From positions 14,260,001 to 14,324,000 of the forward strand of contig OX597840.1 of NCBI GenBank assembly GCA_951406725.2: DNA of 64,000 bases, given 5' to 3'. Numbering within the stretch: position 1 is the stretch's first letter; each line of letters opens with the position of its first letter. The notes below the pieces were generated by a model. That model worked only from the letters and a program-made list of their open reading frames with translations, searched no databases and had not been told where the DNA came from. Position numbers and translations under genes: made by a program. Source of the DNA: Octopus vulgaris (lineage: Eukaryota). Below, in pieces: positions 1 to 13,315 of this stretch.

Positions 1-1461
1 ACATTCATACGTTTCCACCATCTTTCCAAATCCTACTACATTTCACATGGAAGTTTTGATCCTCAAAGTGATTTTGGTGAATCAGTTGATCTTTCTTGTA
101 AATGAATGTCTAGTGGCAACCACGACTGTCTTTGGATGAGAAAGGAAGATAATCTCCAAAATCAAGAAACATTCAAAACTGACATGTCTTTCAGGAGTCT
201 AGAGGATATGTATGTCTGCTTCAGTAAATGGTGTGGATGTGTATGTATGTGTATATATGGAACATAATGAAGAATTCAGTCTTCACAGCAATATCTATAT
301 TTCTTAGATTAAACTTCCTCTTCTATTTCACAAAGAAATAGCATCTATTTTTGTTGTGGAAGGATTTCAACTACCTCTCAAGCGACTAAAAGGTGGACTG
401 ACTCATTATTATAAAACAAAGAACTGTGAGTGATTGGCAGTTTGTTTTGGTAGCAGTTCATTGTGAGCCTTCTATATAGAGCATTAAGTCTCGTGTAATA
501 TTAATAGTAGTGCATCGTGTAAATACTTTCTTCGTTTATTATATATCCCAAGGATATAAAAAATTGGATAATAGATTTTTCTTTTAAAAACCATCATATG
601 ATAAGAACTTTATCACTAGATACCATAATCTTAATTTGGAAAATATTGCAAAGAGATGGAATTCAAAACCCAACAATCTTAAAGTGTAGATTTGCTCACA
701 TTGGCATTACTTCTGTTTAAGATCTGTGTTTACTTCATGAGATATCGACCTAAAATATAAAATCACAACTTCATCTTCCTTTCATTCGTAACTATATTTA
801 CATTAAGCTGTATAGAAAGTTAATTATCTGTACATATTTTTATAGACGTGTGCACATTTATCTTGAAACAGAAACATAAATATGTTACACTGAAGTGTTT
901 ATACATTGGTTTTATATGTGAAAACAAATCCATTAGAAAAATAAACAAGCATTCCTTCATGATTTGATGAGAATTTTAACCCTTTTAAGAAACCAGGTTT
1001 CTCCAGAAGAGTGCAAACTCTTGATATTGTTGATTTTTAATTCTATTAGATTTGTAGGAGCAGCGTGGTCAAGTGGTTGAGATCTTTACCTTGCAGCCAT
1101 GGGGTCAGTTTGATCCTATCACAGAGTATCATGGGCAATTGTCGTTTTCTATAGCCTCAGGTCAATCTATATCTTGTGAGTGGAACTGGGTTGATGGAAA
1201 CTGTAAAGAATCCCTTGAGGGAGATTGTACTTATAACTCAAAAAGTATCCCATCAACTTTAAACAGAGTCTGGATAGATTCCTTCAAAGAATACCAGATA
1301 AGCCACCCATAATTGGATACAACTCACCCAACAAGAACTCACTACTTGAACAAAACTTGACTTAAACAGGATTCGAATAATCCTATCAGGTGGTGCTATT
1401 AAGTTAGACATGGCCTGGACCAATCTTTGGTCGAAACATATCTAAGTTTATCTAAGTCTAA

Positions 1462-1513
<52 letters not shown>

Positions 1514-1537
1514 TAGATAGATATACACACACATTCA

Positions 1538-1890
1538 CATCATCATTTAACGTCCATTTTCCATGCTGCCATGGTTTGGATGGGTTGACTGAAAACTGGT
1601 AAGCTGAGTAGCTGAACCAGGTTCTAAGCTGATTTGACATGGTTTCCTAATGCCAACCGCTCTGAGAGTGTAGTGGAAGCTTTCTATGTGCCACCTGCTC
1701 AGATGCCAATCATGAAACACCAGCATCGGCCATGACTACGATCTCACTTGGCTAAACATGTCTTCTCAAGCATGGCATATTGAGAAAGGCCTCGGTCACT
1801 TGTCACTGCCTCCATGAGATGCAAAGTTCAAAGGGTGCTTCTTATGTGCCACCCGCATGGGTGCTAGGTGTGCGACACTGGCATCAGCTG
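1538..1890 (-). mobile_element. 5'-truncated RTE-clade LINE 3' end
   Basis: Minus strand gives degenerate ...EAVTSDRGLSQYAMLEKTCLAK*, then a 3' UTR shared with 28659-29261 and a (GAT)n tail. Confidence 0.65.
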
Positions 1891-1948
1891 CAACTGCAGT
1901 TTCATGTATATTTATTTGAATTCTGTTGTAAAATTCCTCATTTAAAAT

Positions 1949-2352
1949 CAGGAGTAGCTGTGTGGTAAGTAGCTTGTTTACCAACCACATGGTTCCGGGT
2001 TCAGACCCACTGCGTGGCACCTTGGGCAAGAGTCTTCTACTATACCCTCGGACTGACCAAATCCTTGTGATCGGATTTGGTAGACAGGAACTGAAAGAAG
2101 CCCATTGTGTGTATATGTGCGTGTGTGTGTGTGTGTGTGTCTGTGTTTGCCCCCCCCTCACATCGCTTGACAATTGATGCTTGTGCATTTACATCCCCAT
2201 AACTTAGTGGTTCAGCAAATGGGGCTGATAGAATAAGTACTAAGCTTACAAAAAATAAATCCTAGGGTTGATTTGCCCAGCTAAAAGGTAGTGCTCCAGC
2301 ATGGCTGTAGTCGAATGACTGCAACAAGTAAAAGAACAAAAGAATGAAAGAA
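1949..2352 (+). mobile_element. tRNA-derived SINE, family A
   Basis: A-box-like TAGCTGTGTGG, B-box-like GGTTCAGACC, internal (TG)n, tail CCAGCATGGC...CAAGTAAAAGA; about 20 related copies in window. Confidence 0.85.
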
Positions 2353-3613
2353 TATCTTCAAAATGTTACTGATTTCATAAACTATGGAAGGCAGAACATA
2401 ATTTAATCTTTAGTAGTTTCACATTTTAATTTATTCATAGAGTCTTACGGTTTTTATTGTGTTATAAATTGAGCTGTTGATATATTAAATTCATTCAAAG
2501 ACCATCGTTTGGTAGAATTTACCTTTTCTGTACGAGAAGAATTTTGGACTGTAAATTTAATGCTTAGATGTTCAGTGGAATGTTTACCATTTGTATGGTA
2601 CTTTTCTGTTCCTTTCTCATAAGAGCCTAATTTCAGTACCTGAGCATAGTGAGGTACCTCAGCTAGCTCTTTACAAAGTTAGTTTTATATTGAGCTATCT
2701 AACATATTTGTTGATATATACTGTTTATATATTTCGTGTGAGATCTACATGTGTGTATAATTGGTTTTCACATACTGACTTTTATTGACAAAACATTGAT
2801 CAACTTGTGGTTACAAGAACAGATAATTATCGTAACTTCTTATCCCACATATGCACTTGTGTGCATGCGTGTGTATCTGTGTGTGTGTGCATGTGCACAT
2901 GTCTCTGTGTGTGAGTGTGTGTGTGTACATGTGTCTGTAGGAAGAAGAAAGAGAAAAATAAATTATTGACCATCTAAAAAGAATAAAAACAAAATGTAAA
3001 AAAGACATGAAACACTCCCTTGAAGATAAAATATCACAAATAAAACAATAAGAAACAAATAATAAAAATATACATATAATTGCTTTGGTGCACAAATGTC
3101 TCAAGTGGGAATTGAACACACAGACTGCCTCATTGTAACCTCATCAGAGGACATTGTCAATATGCTATCAGCCATCCACTGATTTCTACATTTTCCTCAG
3201 TAGTTTACAAAAGAATCACAGATGTTGGTTTTCACTTGTAGGCGTCTTACTTATTGCAGCCTTTTGTATGGTATTGTATGACAGTAATTGTATTGTTGTG
3301 TGGTGTTGTGTATACTAGACATGACTGTATGCTCAAAACTTTTGCTTCACAATTGTGTGGTTTCCACTTTGATTCAACTCTGTGATACATTCTGTAAATA
3401 TTTTCTCAGTGATAGCTTCAGAAGAAGGGAGAACCTAGGTCGTTCCACTTGTGAGTCCAATTTCCTTATGAATTATAAATACACTTTGGCTAGAGACACT
3501 GAGTTTTTGAGACCCTGCCAATTTTATAAGAAAACCCCAATATTGTGTTTCTGCCATATCTTTCAGTTAAGCAATGCCTCAAGAGCAAAATTTGGTAACT
3601 AGAAGCTGTACAG

Positions 3614-3645
<32 letters not shown>

Positions 3646-3746
3646 ATATGTATGTATGTATATATATATATATGTGTATATATATACATGTATGTATGTT
3701 TTGTCACCATATGTTTCCAATTGCCATCACATAGATAGTGGTAATA

Positions 3747-5453
3747 CGGGGTGGTATCAAATAGCTCCTGGACTAGTTCCGTAGCATGCCAACAGGTGGC
3801 AGCACATGGTTGCATATGCAGTGAGAGCTAGCAGTGACCTTCATGAGGCAGTGTGCTGAGTCATATCGCTGTGTTTACTTTGAAAGTTGTGAAATTTATG
3901 TTTTTGTGATCAGGTGTATGTTGTAGTCTGTGATTTTGTCATGGACAGGAAGTTGGAACAAAGAGCCAATGTGAAATTTTGTGTTTGACTCGAGCAGTCT
4001 GCTACAGAGACATTGAGCATGCTTCAGTAAGCTTATGGTGATGAGGCAATAAGTTGTACACGATATTTTGAGTGGCATGGACCCTTCAAAAGCAGAAGAA
4101 TGTCCCTGGATGATGAGGAGCAACCTGGAAGAATGTGGGGAAAATTCCTCAGCCTGTGCACGAGGATCGTCAGAGGACAATCTACGACATTGCTGATGTT
4201 GTTGGTCTGTTGAATGGGTGCATGCAGGCAATTCTAAAGTCTTAACTGAACAAGTAGCTTGTCTCTGCCAAGTTTGTCTCCTGCCTGCTGACCACTGAGC
4301 AGAAAGAACATCATGTCATATCAAGGAAGTGGCTGTGTGGTAAGTATAGGCACAGAAGTGGCTGTGTGATAAGTAGCTTGCTTACCAACCACATGGTTCT
4401 GGGTTCAGTCCCACTGCATGGCACCTTGGGCAAGTGTCTTCTACTATAGCCTCGGGCCGACCAATGACTTGTGAGTGGATTTGGTAGACAGAAACTGAAA
4501 GAAGCCTGTCATATATATGTATATATATATGTGTGTGTGTGTGTTTTTGTGTGTCTGTGTTTATCCCCCCAACATCACTTGACAACCGATGCTGGTGTGT
4601 TTACATCCCTGTAACTTAGCAGTTCGGCAAAAAAGACTGATGGAATAAGTACTAGGCTTACAAAGAATAAGTCCTGGGGTCGATTTGCTCAACTAAAGGC
4701 TGTGCTCCAGCATGGCCACAGTCAAATGACTGAAACAAGTAAATGAGTAAAAGAGAGTAAAGAATAAGATCTCCATCAGCATGCTGCTGATGACCCATCC
4801 TTCATGTAGAATGATCACTGGTTATACGAGCTGGGTCTACAGGTATGACCCTGAGATGAAGCAGGAGTCATCACAATGGAAGGGCCCTTCATGTCCACTG
4901 GACCAAAAAGGGCATGGCTGAGTTGTGACTCATTCAAGAGCATGCTCATTGAATCTTTTGACATCTGCAGTAGTGTGCATCAAGAATTTGTCCCCCAGAG
5001 CCAGTTTGTCAATTTAGAATTCTACTGTGACATGTTGAAGTGTTTGAGGGAGGACATTTGGTGAATGCGATCAGATCTGTGGAGAAGGAAGAATTGGATT
5101 CTTCATGACAACAATGCACTGTGTCACTGAACTCTCGTCACTGGCCATCACTTTTACACCTGCCCTATTCACCAGATTTAGCCCCCACAGATTTCTGTTT
5201 TTTCCCTAAGATGAAAATGTAGCTCAAAGGTCACTGTTTTAACACCACTGTTAAGTTCAAGAGTGAATCACAGAAGATCCTCGACTTGTTTACAGAAAAT
5301 AAAATCCAGGCCAGATTCCAAAAGTGGCAGGAATGATGGAATCCCTGTATTGCTGTGCAAGGTGGCTATTTTGAAGATGATGTTAAAACTTAGGTAAATA
5401 AGTTATTGTTTTACTCAACATAACTAGTCTGGGAACTTTTTGGTACCACCTTG
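3747..5453 (+). mobile_element. Decayed mariner transposon, interrupted by a SINE
   Basis: TIRs CGGGGTGGTATCAAATAGCTCCTGGACTAGT / ACTAGTCTGGGAACTTTTTGGTACCACCTTG after TA. Pseudogene from ATG 3941: MDRKLEQRANVKFC..ETLSML..AYGDEA..FEWH, later WVYRYDPEMKQESSQWK, WILHDNNA and PYSPDLAPTDFCFFPKMK, with stops and frameshifts. Confidence 0.9.
4346..4765 (+). mobile_element. SINE family A nested in mariner; partial duplicate head at 4324-4345
   Basis: Full head, body and tail; splits the transposase remnant. Confidence 0.88.
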
Positions 5454-5794
5454 TCTTTGTTTATGTCCTACAAATTTCCAGTTTTGACATGTGAAGACCA
5501 GAGAAATACAGTGTTTGTTTCTTGGAGAGGGAAAAAGCTCAGAAAATTGTTCAGGTTCAGGAAGGACATCAAGCTGCAGAATTCTGACTCAAAAAGTCTC
5601 GTCCAATCAATGACAGCATGAAAAATTATAAACAGATGTAAAAATGATGATGAGGATTATGTCCAGTAGTCTCTATCATTAAACCGTATTCTTTGTTGGT
5701 GAATGCAGAACTGCATTGTCTCTATTCCATGTGTTCTTTTGAAGGCGATTTGGCTGCTACTTTTAGCAGGCTGACTGATCAAGTCAGAGCTACT

Positions 5795-6140
5795 GGTGAA
5801 TATATTTGTGGTGTGTGTGTATCAAATTTTTTATTATGTGAAAATGGATTGAACAGGCTTTATTCCAATATTACAAGCTACAACAATTGTTTCAATACAT
5901 CATTGTTAGTTGCTAATTGCTGAATGTTACAAATTATACGCAATATTGTATTAATGTGATTCAACAATAGCTACATACATGCTCATCCTCAGGTGCTTAA
6001 TTTATGTAACATTCATAATTTATGTAACATTTAGCAATTAACAGTTGATAATAATGCATTAGTGATTTGTAATATAAAGACTGTTCGATCCATCTTTTCA
6101 TATTAAAATTTTGTTTGTTTATACTCTACAGATATAACTG
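5795..6140. repeat. Diverged long inverted repeat (foldback)
   Basis: ATGGATTGAACAGGCTTTAT...TAATTGCTGAATGTTACA is mirrored by TGTAACATTTAGCAATTA...ATAAAGACTGTTCGATCCAT. Confidence 0.65.
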
Positions 6141-6263
6141 GATTTCCACTTGTATATCCGGTAACAGGAGAAGCTCTACTGTATGATAACATTTGGGAGC
6201 TGATACCCAGAGAGAAGCTTTGGAAAACACACCTCTAAGTTTATCACCCAGATTACATCGATA

Positions 6264-6295
<32 letters not shown>

Positions 6296-6354
6296 TACAT
6301 GCATATATATATTTCTGAGTAAGTACATACATACATATGTGCTTATATATACAT

Positions 6355-6408
<54 letters not shown>

Positions 6409-6445
6409 GTATACTTACATATAAGAGACCAAAGTGTACGTATAC

Positions 6446-6485
<40 letters not shown>

Positions 6486-6644
6486 CAAAATGGGACAAGA
6501 ACGCAAAACATCCGGACAGTTAGGTGATGCAAAAATGGGACAACAAAACATCCAGATAGACGATACAAAGAAAACAAGGACAGGTCATTTGAAGTTTTCT
6601 CTCCTCAGTCAAGTACCAGATTATCTTCACAATTTCGGCTGATT

Positions 6645-7324
6645 ATAAAGCCAAGTGAGAGAAAACAAATTTCAAAGGACAGTATTCATCTTCACTCAGT
6701 ATATTTCAATGCATCGGAATACTTCACAGCATACATAGGTGCACTCATGTATACATGGTATAATGTAAAAATATATAAATATGTAAATGTACTTGCAAGG
6801 TTATATGTCCAGATTAAAACCAATGAGGATATTGAAATATGCATGTGGTGAAAGTAGAGCTGTAATCCAAATAGATGAAATGGTGGTATAAAATGATTTT
6901 AAGAAGTATCTTCAGCGGGTATAAAGTCTGACGGCCATTTCGAGAAAACATAGGTTGGTATGGGTGAGTTAATTCCAGCTGTAACAATCCTCTTCATTTC
7001 TCTCATCAGAGTTAATTTAAGAGGATTTATAAAAAAGTTATTCAAATCTTAAAGTTTTAAGCAACATGAGAAATTTCAGAATTTTTAAAAATTGAATGCT
7101 GTGTCAGAACATCCTGTTGAGGCAGATGATTTTAATATGGACATACAACCTCACAAGTACATTTATGTATTTATTATATACTTATATATGTATAAATTTC
7201 TATATTATATCTTGTGTATATGAATGCACCTATGTATGCCATGGAGTATTCCAATGCTTTGATATAGATTGAGTGAATATGGACTCTGACCTTTGAAATT
7301 TGTTCTCTCTTTCTTGGTTTTATA
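6645..7324. mobile_element. Long inverted-repeat element (arms ~180 bp) with a hammerhead motif in the spacer; Penelope-like inverted pLTR suspected
   Basis: 6645-6820 aligns with the reverse complement of 7130-7324 (AACAAATTTCAAAGG, GCATACATAGGTGCA, AAATGTACTTG). Confidence 0.7.
6926..7013 (-). ncRNA. Type I hammerhead ribozyme motif, partly decayed
   Basis: Minus strand: CTGATGA - GAGAAA..long loop..TTTCTC - GAAA TGGCCG TC. Stem III is palindromic (likely from GAAACGGCCGTC); stem I retains only 2 bp. Confidence 0.6.
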
Positions 7325-7417
7325 TTCTTGATGCTCTATTAGAGCGCTAATTAGTTGTGCTACTGTATAAGGTGATAATTAGCCCATTTATTTCTTCATT
7401 ATATATATATATATATA

Positions 7418-8645
7418 CTAGCAGCTAAGCCCAGTTTCACCCGGTCTATTTGGATGATGTGGCTGTGATCGTTTTTGGTTAGGCACAATCTATAACAGCG
7501 TTTCTCAACCTTATCATTTCAGGTCCCCTGTTTCGATTGGAGCCTCCAGCTGTATGAAAATTTCCTGACTCCCCCCCACCCCGTCAGAAAACAGCTTCCA
7601 CAGTTGTGAAGAACGGATTTGTACATAGTCTGTTTCTGAGAGTTATTCTATTGGGCCTTATTGATTTAATTTTGAATGTAGAAAGAAATTATACATTAAT
7701 CCCTATTTTTGTAGGCAGTTGTATCCGTAAAAATTTATTTTGCAAAGAGCAGAAATTGAAAGAAGATATATGAAATGGACGTGTGTGTGTGCGTGCGTGC
7801 TTGCGCGTGTGTATGTGAGAGAGAAAGAGGGATAGAGTGAGTGAGTGAAGGTGTGCTTCATGATGATTGATGTGTTTGTATGTAGTCTGTTTCTGAGAGC
7901 TATTCTATTGGGCCTCTGTCTAATCATTAAAACATTGATTTAATTATGAACATAGAAAGAAATTATACATTAATCCCTATTTTTGTAAACAGGTGTATCT
8001 GTAAAAAAATTTATTTGCAGAGAGCAGAGATTGACAGAAGATATACGAAATGGACATGTGTGTGTGTGTGTGTGCTTGCATGTGTGTATGTGAGAGAGAA
8101 AGAGGGTGAGAGAGATAGAGTGAGTGAGTGAAGGTGTGTGTTGTGATGATTGACGTCTTTTAAGGTACACACACATACATAGAAAATGTGAAGTCATTGT
8201 ATAAAATTTTTATGATAGTTGATTTATGGAAAAGATTATGTTAAATTTTTGAAATGCAAATATGTGAATGAAAATTAAGTTCAGACCACCACCTGGTAGC
8301 TAGACCTGGTGGAAATAGTAGCCAAATCTCCCTCAAAACACCCTACTGTCATAATCCGACAATTCTGCCTATTATGTAGTTTGAATGAGAAACTGTAACT
8401 AAAGATTAGGATTATTAACCCCACAAAGAGGTGAAAGAAGAGAGAAAGCATAACGAAAGTCATTAGAAAAAGTTTTAATCGATTTTCTGGGTAAATATGG
8501 GGGCTAGGAAAAAATAGAAACTGCAGCACAATGTATGCACACGTCTCCACCTGTGTGCCATTTTTCATATGAATCCACCCAGCTGTTTGGCTGTGAACCT
8601 CAAGACAAGAAAGAATGCAACGATTGCCCATGTCCAATTTATATA
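7418..8645 (-). mobile_element. Non-autonomous Helitron-like element with internal ~260-bp tandem duplication
   Basis: Minus strand ends hairpin CCGGGTGAAACTGGG + 8 nt + CTAG|T at 7418-7421 within (TA)n. Internal repeats 7626-7882 and 7883-8153. 5' boundary approximate. Confidence 0.55.
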
Positions 8646-8648
8646 ACT

Positions 8649-8960
8649 GCACCTTGGGCAAGTGTTTTCTACTATAGCCTCGGGCCGACCAAAGCCTTGC
8701 AAGTGAATTTGGTAGACAGAAACTGAAAGAAGTCCATCATATATATATATGTGTGTGTGTGTGTGTTTGTGTGTCTGTTTTTGTCTTGTCAACCGATGCT
8801 GGTATGTTTACGTCCCCGCAATCTAGCAGTTCGACAAAAGAGACTGATAGAATAGTACTAAGCTTACAAAGAATAAGTCCTGGGGTCGATTTGCTCCACT
8901 AAAGGCGGTGCTCCAGCATGGCCACAGTCAAATGACTGAAACAAGTAAAAGAGTAAAGAG
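8649..8960 (+). mobile_element. SINE family A, 5'-truncated
   Basis: Starts at GCACCTTGGGCAAG and ends with the GTAAAAGAG tail. Confidence 0.8.
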
Positions 8961-8997
8961 TATATATATATACATATACATACATATATGTATATAT

Positions 8998-9205
8998 ATC
9001 ATCATCATCATCATTGCTTAACATCCGCTTTCCATGCTGGCATGAATTGAACAATTTGACTGAAGACTGGCAAACCAGGAGGCTGCACCAGGTTCCCATC
9101 TAATAAGGTTTCTACAGCTGGATACTCTTCCTAATGCCAACCACTCCGCGAGGGTAGTGAGTGCTTTTTACAAGCCACCAGTACAATGTCGGGTAGCACT
9201 GCCAT

Positions 9206-9210
<5 letters not shown>
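8998..9210 (-). mobile_element. RTE LINE 3' UTR fragment
   Basis: (CAT)n followed by TTTCCATGCTGGCATG...TTCCTAATGCCAACCACTCC, shared with other RTE ends. Confidence 0.7.
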
Positions 9211-9242
<32 letters not shown>

Positions 9243-10334
9243 CACACACACACAAAGAGAGAGAGGCAGAGAAACAGACAGAGAGAAAGGGAGAAAGTAT
9301 GATGTTTTATATTTCTGTACAGATACACCCTTGTTTACTAAATACTTATAAAGTCATGCACAGTTATATTTGTGTGTTGAGAGAGAATGATGGAGGGAGA
9401 CTGAAAGCTACATAATCATTCATGAAACCTATGAAGACATGCTGATAGCCTGACCTCCACATAGACTTGTTAGGTACGCAAACACAAACACTCTTATGCA
9501 CACACTTGCTCACACGTGCATGTACACACGAGCGCAATTACACTGAATAAGAACTTGCCTGGCACGTGACAATTCAGCTAACCTATGACACCTGGGAAAA
9601 TATTTGATGTAAATGTAAAACTGATGATGACGTTAATGATGATCATCATGATGATGATGATGAATAGCTATTTCATTTTGTTGACAAAGCTATTAGATTG
9701 CAAACATCTAATTTACAATAGAGATATTGTGATACAAATGGCATAGAGTTTTGTTGTGTATATACAATATAATTGATCAGAAAATAAGAAAAACCAAGCC
9801 CAAACACCCAATACAATCATGCTGTCACAGAGATAGACTGCAGCCATTAAACTGGGGCACTAAATAAAACTCATTAGTTACTTATCTTCTAGGTTCAGTC
9901 TGTTAAGGTCGATATCATTTACTTAAATTCAGGAATTGATAAAATAAAGTGTGATTAATTGAATCCAGCATGGCTGAATAATTGAGAGGTTCACTTCACC
10001 ACCGTTTGGTTCCAGATTTTATCTCATTCTGTGGCACCGCAGACAAATGGCTTTTAATCTTTCCACGACTTTGAGTCAGCAATATCATGTCTGTATATTG
10101 AAACTGTGAAAGCTTCTATACATATCCTTATTATCATCATTATTATTATTATTGAGTGAGAGAGCAGTTCATGCCATCAAAGTGACACTGGGGTAAAATA
10201 TACGAAGCCCAATATACCCATCATGACTACCCGTCTGATAAAGGTACACCAGGCACATTATTATTATCATTATTATCATCATCATTATTATTATTATTAT
10301 CATTATTATCATCATTATTATTATTATTATTATT

Positions 10335-10876
10335 GAGTGAGCGAGCAGAGCATGCCATCAAAATGACACTGGGGTAAAATATACGAAGCCCAGTATACCC
10401 ATCATGACTACCCGTCTGGTAAGGGTACACCAGGCACATGCATCACAACCATATGTGCGCGACATGGTGATCTCATATCAAGATAAACAGCACATGACCT
10501 TGCAGGTGGAATTTTCTTCAGATCGAGTAACCCATCCCGCTCAAAAGGTCCCTGAATAAGGGTTGTTTAAGGACGTTGAACGAAACACCCATGTTTCCAG
10601 AGGTGAATTATTCAAACCCCAAAGAATCCTTCTCAACACATGGCTATGATGCTCCCCCACTACTTCTGCTCGTGATCAGAGATGCACATATCATCAGCCA
10701 CTAAGGGACATGCTCAACTGGTTAAGGTCAAACAACTGACAAGCAAATCTGTGGTATTGAGCAGAATATTTGCTGTAGCCCATCTTTTATACCAAGACAA
10801 AACAATGTACATGATAACACTTCCAATCAGTTAAGATCAGAAGCCATGAGAGCCACTGCCTGGTACTGCATCAGGG
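10335..10876 (-). mobile_element. ~540-bp non-coding element (family E) embedded in (TAA)n; partial duplicate at 10154-10258
   Basis: Closely similar copies at 12777-13315 (opposite strand) and 19841-20255, all adjoining TAA-type repeats. Confidence 0.85.
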
Positions 10877-10904
10877 ATTATTATTATTATCATTATTATC
10901 ATCA

Positions 10905-10947
<43 letters not shown>

Positions 10948-10973
10948 CATCATCATCATTATCATTATTATTA

Positions 10974-11186
10974 AGGTGATGAGCTGGTAGAATCATTAGC
11001 ATGTTGGGCAAAATGCTTGGCAGCATTTTGCCCATCTTTATATTCTGAGTTCAAATTCCACTGAGGTCAACTTTGCATTTCATCCTTTCAGGGTCAATAA
11101 ATTAAATACCAGTGAAACACTGGAGTCGGTGTAAACGACTAGCACCTCCCCACCAAAAATTCCAGGTTTTGTGCCTATCATAGAGG
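10974..11186 (+). mobile_element. tRNA-derived SINE, family B
   Basis: GAGCTGGTAGAATC head, GAGTTCAAATTCC B box, core CTTTGC.TTTCATCCTTTC.GGGTC.ATAAAATTAA.TACCAGT; lies inside (TTA)n. Confidence 0.8.
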
Positions 11187-11223
11187 AGTATTATTATTAT
11201 CATTATTATTTTTATTATTATTA

Positions 11224-11260
<37 letters not shown>

Positions 11261-12299
11261 CATTATTATTTTTGTTGTTGTTGTTGTTATCATTATTATT
11301 CCCTTATGATTATTATTATTATTATTATTATTATGCATTTATCATTTCCTGCTGTGTGGTCAAGGAAGGAACCAGAGGAGTGTGGTGTGGTAAAATGGGT
11401 AATGGAGCAAAATAAGTAATTCTTGATGTCTTTTTTTTGTTTTTACCCGTTTGAAAGTGTAGCATCATCATTTGTCCTGTGGTATTGTCTTTGGTGGGAG
11501 TCAAAATTAATTGGTCAGCATAGTTGTTGTTGTTGTTGAAGTTGAGAGTGTTTGGAAGTACAGATGACAAGTATGTTTTTTTTCCCGAAATTTTTCCTCA
11601 ACCTGATTATAATTGAGGTTGCTAATGAAATATTTGGGTAATGTTTGGTGTTTAACAATCAATATTCTTTTCTATTTTGGATTCCAAATCAGTTTTTGCC
11701 CACACTAATGTCTAACTGAATAATTTTCAAGTTTCAAAAAAATGATGTCTAAAGTGGGGCAAAATGAGTCATGACTAATTTTAATGAATTCTTCTCTTTA
11801 ATTGCATGATGCATAATTATATCTGGAGGAGAGCCCCTTTGGCAGATTGTTAAGAAGTTATAAAGAATATTTTATGTTCAGTTTTTAGATTAAGTCAAGT
11901 TTTTCTTTTTTGATTTCATACCATGTGCCATTTTCCCATGATCTTTCACTTGAAGATGTTTTTAATTTTTGCTTCATTTCTGGTTTTTGTGATATCTAAG
12001 GATGGATATTGATGTGTACGAGTTTCCTCCTCCCACAAATGTAATTCTGGAGAATTGAAGAGGCATATTTTACCTTATCTTGTCTTACTCATTTTACCCC
12101 AGATAAATTTGTCTTTTATATGTTGAAAGAGAACGATGATAATTTTCTGAAATATCTTTCTGAATATGTTATAGTGTTTTTTACTGCAATTAGAGAAGGG
12201 CATTTGCTTAGATGAGGTAGTTTTTGATATATAGTTGAAGATTTTGGAAAAATATATTTATTCTCAAAGCCAAAAGTCAAAATGCAGTAAATATTTTAC

Positions 12300-12745
12300 A
12301 TTGTACCCCCACCCTACTGTGTTTAATCATTGCAATCTTCAATTTAGCACAGGTCTGACCTTTTCACTTCTGACAATAACAGTTCTGAGGCATTTTTTAT
12401 GCACCATACCATGTTGTTTTCTTCTGCTCTAATACTGCGTTTTCATCCAATCGGATTCCTTCCACCTCTTTTTTTTTAGTACATACAGTCTGTCCTTGTT
12501 AACTCCATGTTTAAATTCTTCTACTGTCTTCATGATTACAACTGCTTCGTATGTAAGGAGTAAGACTAGCCTTATGTTGATAGCTTCAATCTTATTCTGT
12601 CCATTCAGTTCCTACTTGAGGGCAAGTCTCAGTCTGTATAAGTATTCCATCGTAAATTTTTCTGCCATTTCCTCTTCCATTACTTTTAACCATTTCCAAT
12701 ATCCCTGAGTAATTATTACCCACGTCTTCTACATGCTTCATAAAC
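12300..12745 (-). pseudogene. R4/Dong-clade non-LTR retrotransposon RT/thumb fragment
   Basis: Minus-strand translation across frameshifts: YSGILEM..EMAEKFTMEYLYRLRLALK*ELNGQNKIEAIN..DRLYVLKKRGGR..EENNMVWCIKN, matching R4-clade motifs (LNGRNKIxAIN; RLYLPRxxGGRGL). Confidence 0.7.
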
Positions 12746-12776
12746 TCCTCCAACAACAACAACAACAGTAGTAAAT

Positions 12777-13315
12777 GCCCTGATGTAGTACCAGGCAGTG
12801 GCTCTCATGGCTTCTGATCTTAACTGATTGTAATTGTCATCTTGTACATTGTTTTGTCTTGTTATAAAAGATGGGCTAGAGCAGATATTCTGCTCAATAC
12901 CACAGATTTGCTTGTCAGTTGTTTGACCTTAACCAGTTGAGCATGTCCCTTAGTGGCTGACGATATGTGCATCTCTGATCATGAGCAGAAGTAGTTGGGG
13001 AGCATCATAGCCATGTGTTGAGAAGAATTGTTTCGCCTCTGGAAACATGGGTGTTTCATTCAACATTTTTAAACAACCCCTATTCAGTGACCTTCTGAGT
13101 GGGATGGGCTACTTGACCTAAAGAAAATTCTAACTGCACCCCACCTGCAAGGTCATGTGCTGTTTATCTTGATATGAGATCACCATGTCGTGCATTTATA
13201 GTTGTGATGCATGTGCCTAGTGTACTCTTATCAGACGGGTAGTCAGGATGGGTATTCTGGGCTTCGTATATTTTACCCCAGTGTTACTTTGATGGCATGC
13301 ACTGATCTTCCATGC
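12777..13315 (+). mobile_element. Family E element, full length
   Basis: GCCCTGATGTAGTACCAGG...GATGGCATGCACTG followed by (TAA)n; reverse complement of 10335-10876. Confidence 0.85.

Noticed and set aside
1400-1450. GACCA/TGGTC-GAAACATATC hammerhead-like half
   Set aside because: No CUGANGA upstream; explained equally well as a simple hairpin.
11340-12290. Possible Penelope RT/linker remnant on the minus strand
   Set aside because: Only vague similarity (KNKKKTSRITYFAP); too degraded to call without a profile search.
12777-12800. Resemblance of the family E terminus to the U2 snRNA 3' stem
   Set aside because: Short gapped match only; the rest of the element does not resemble U2.
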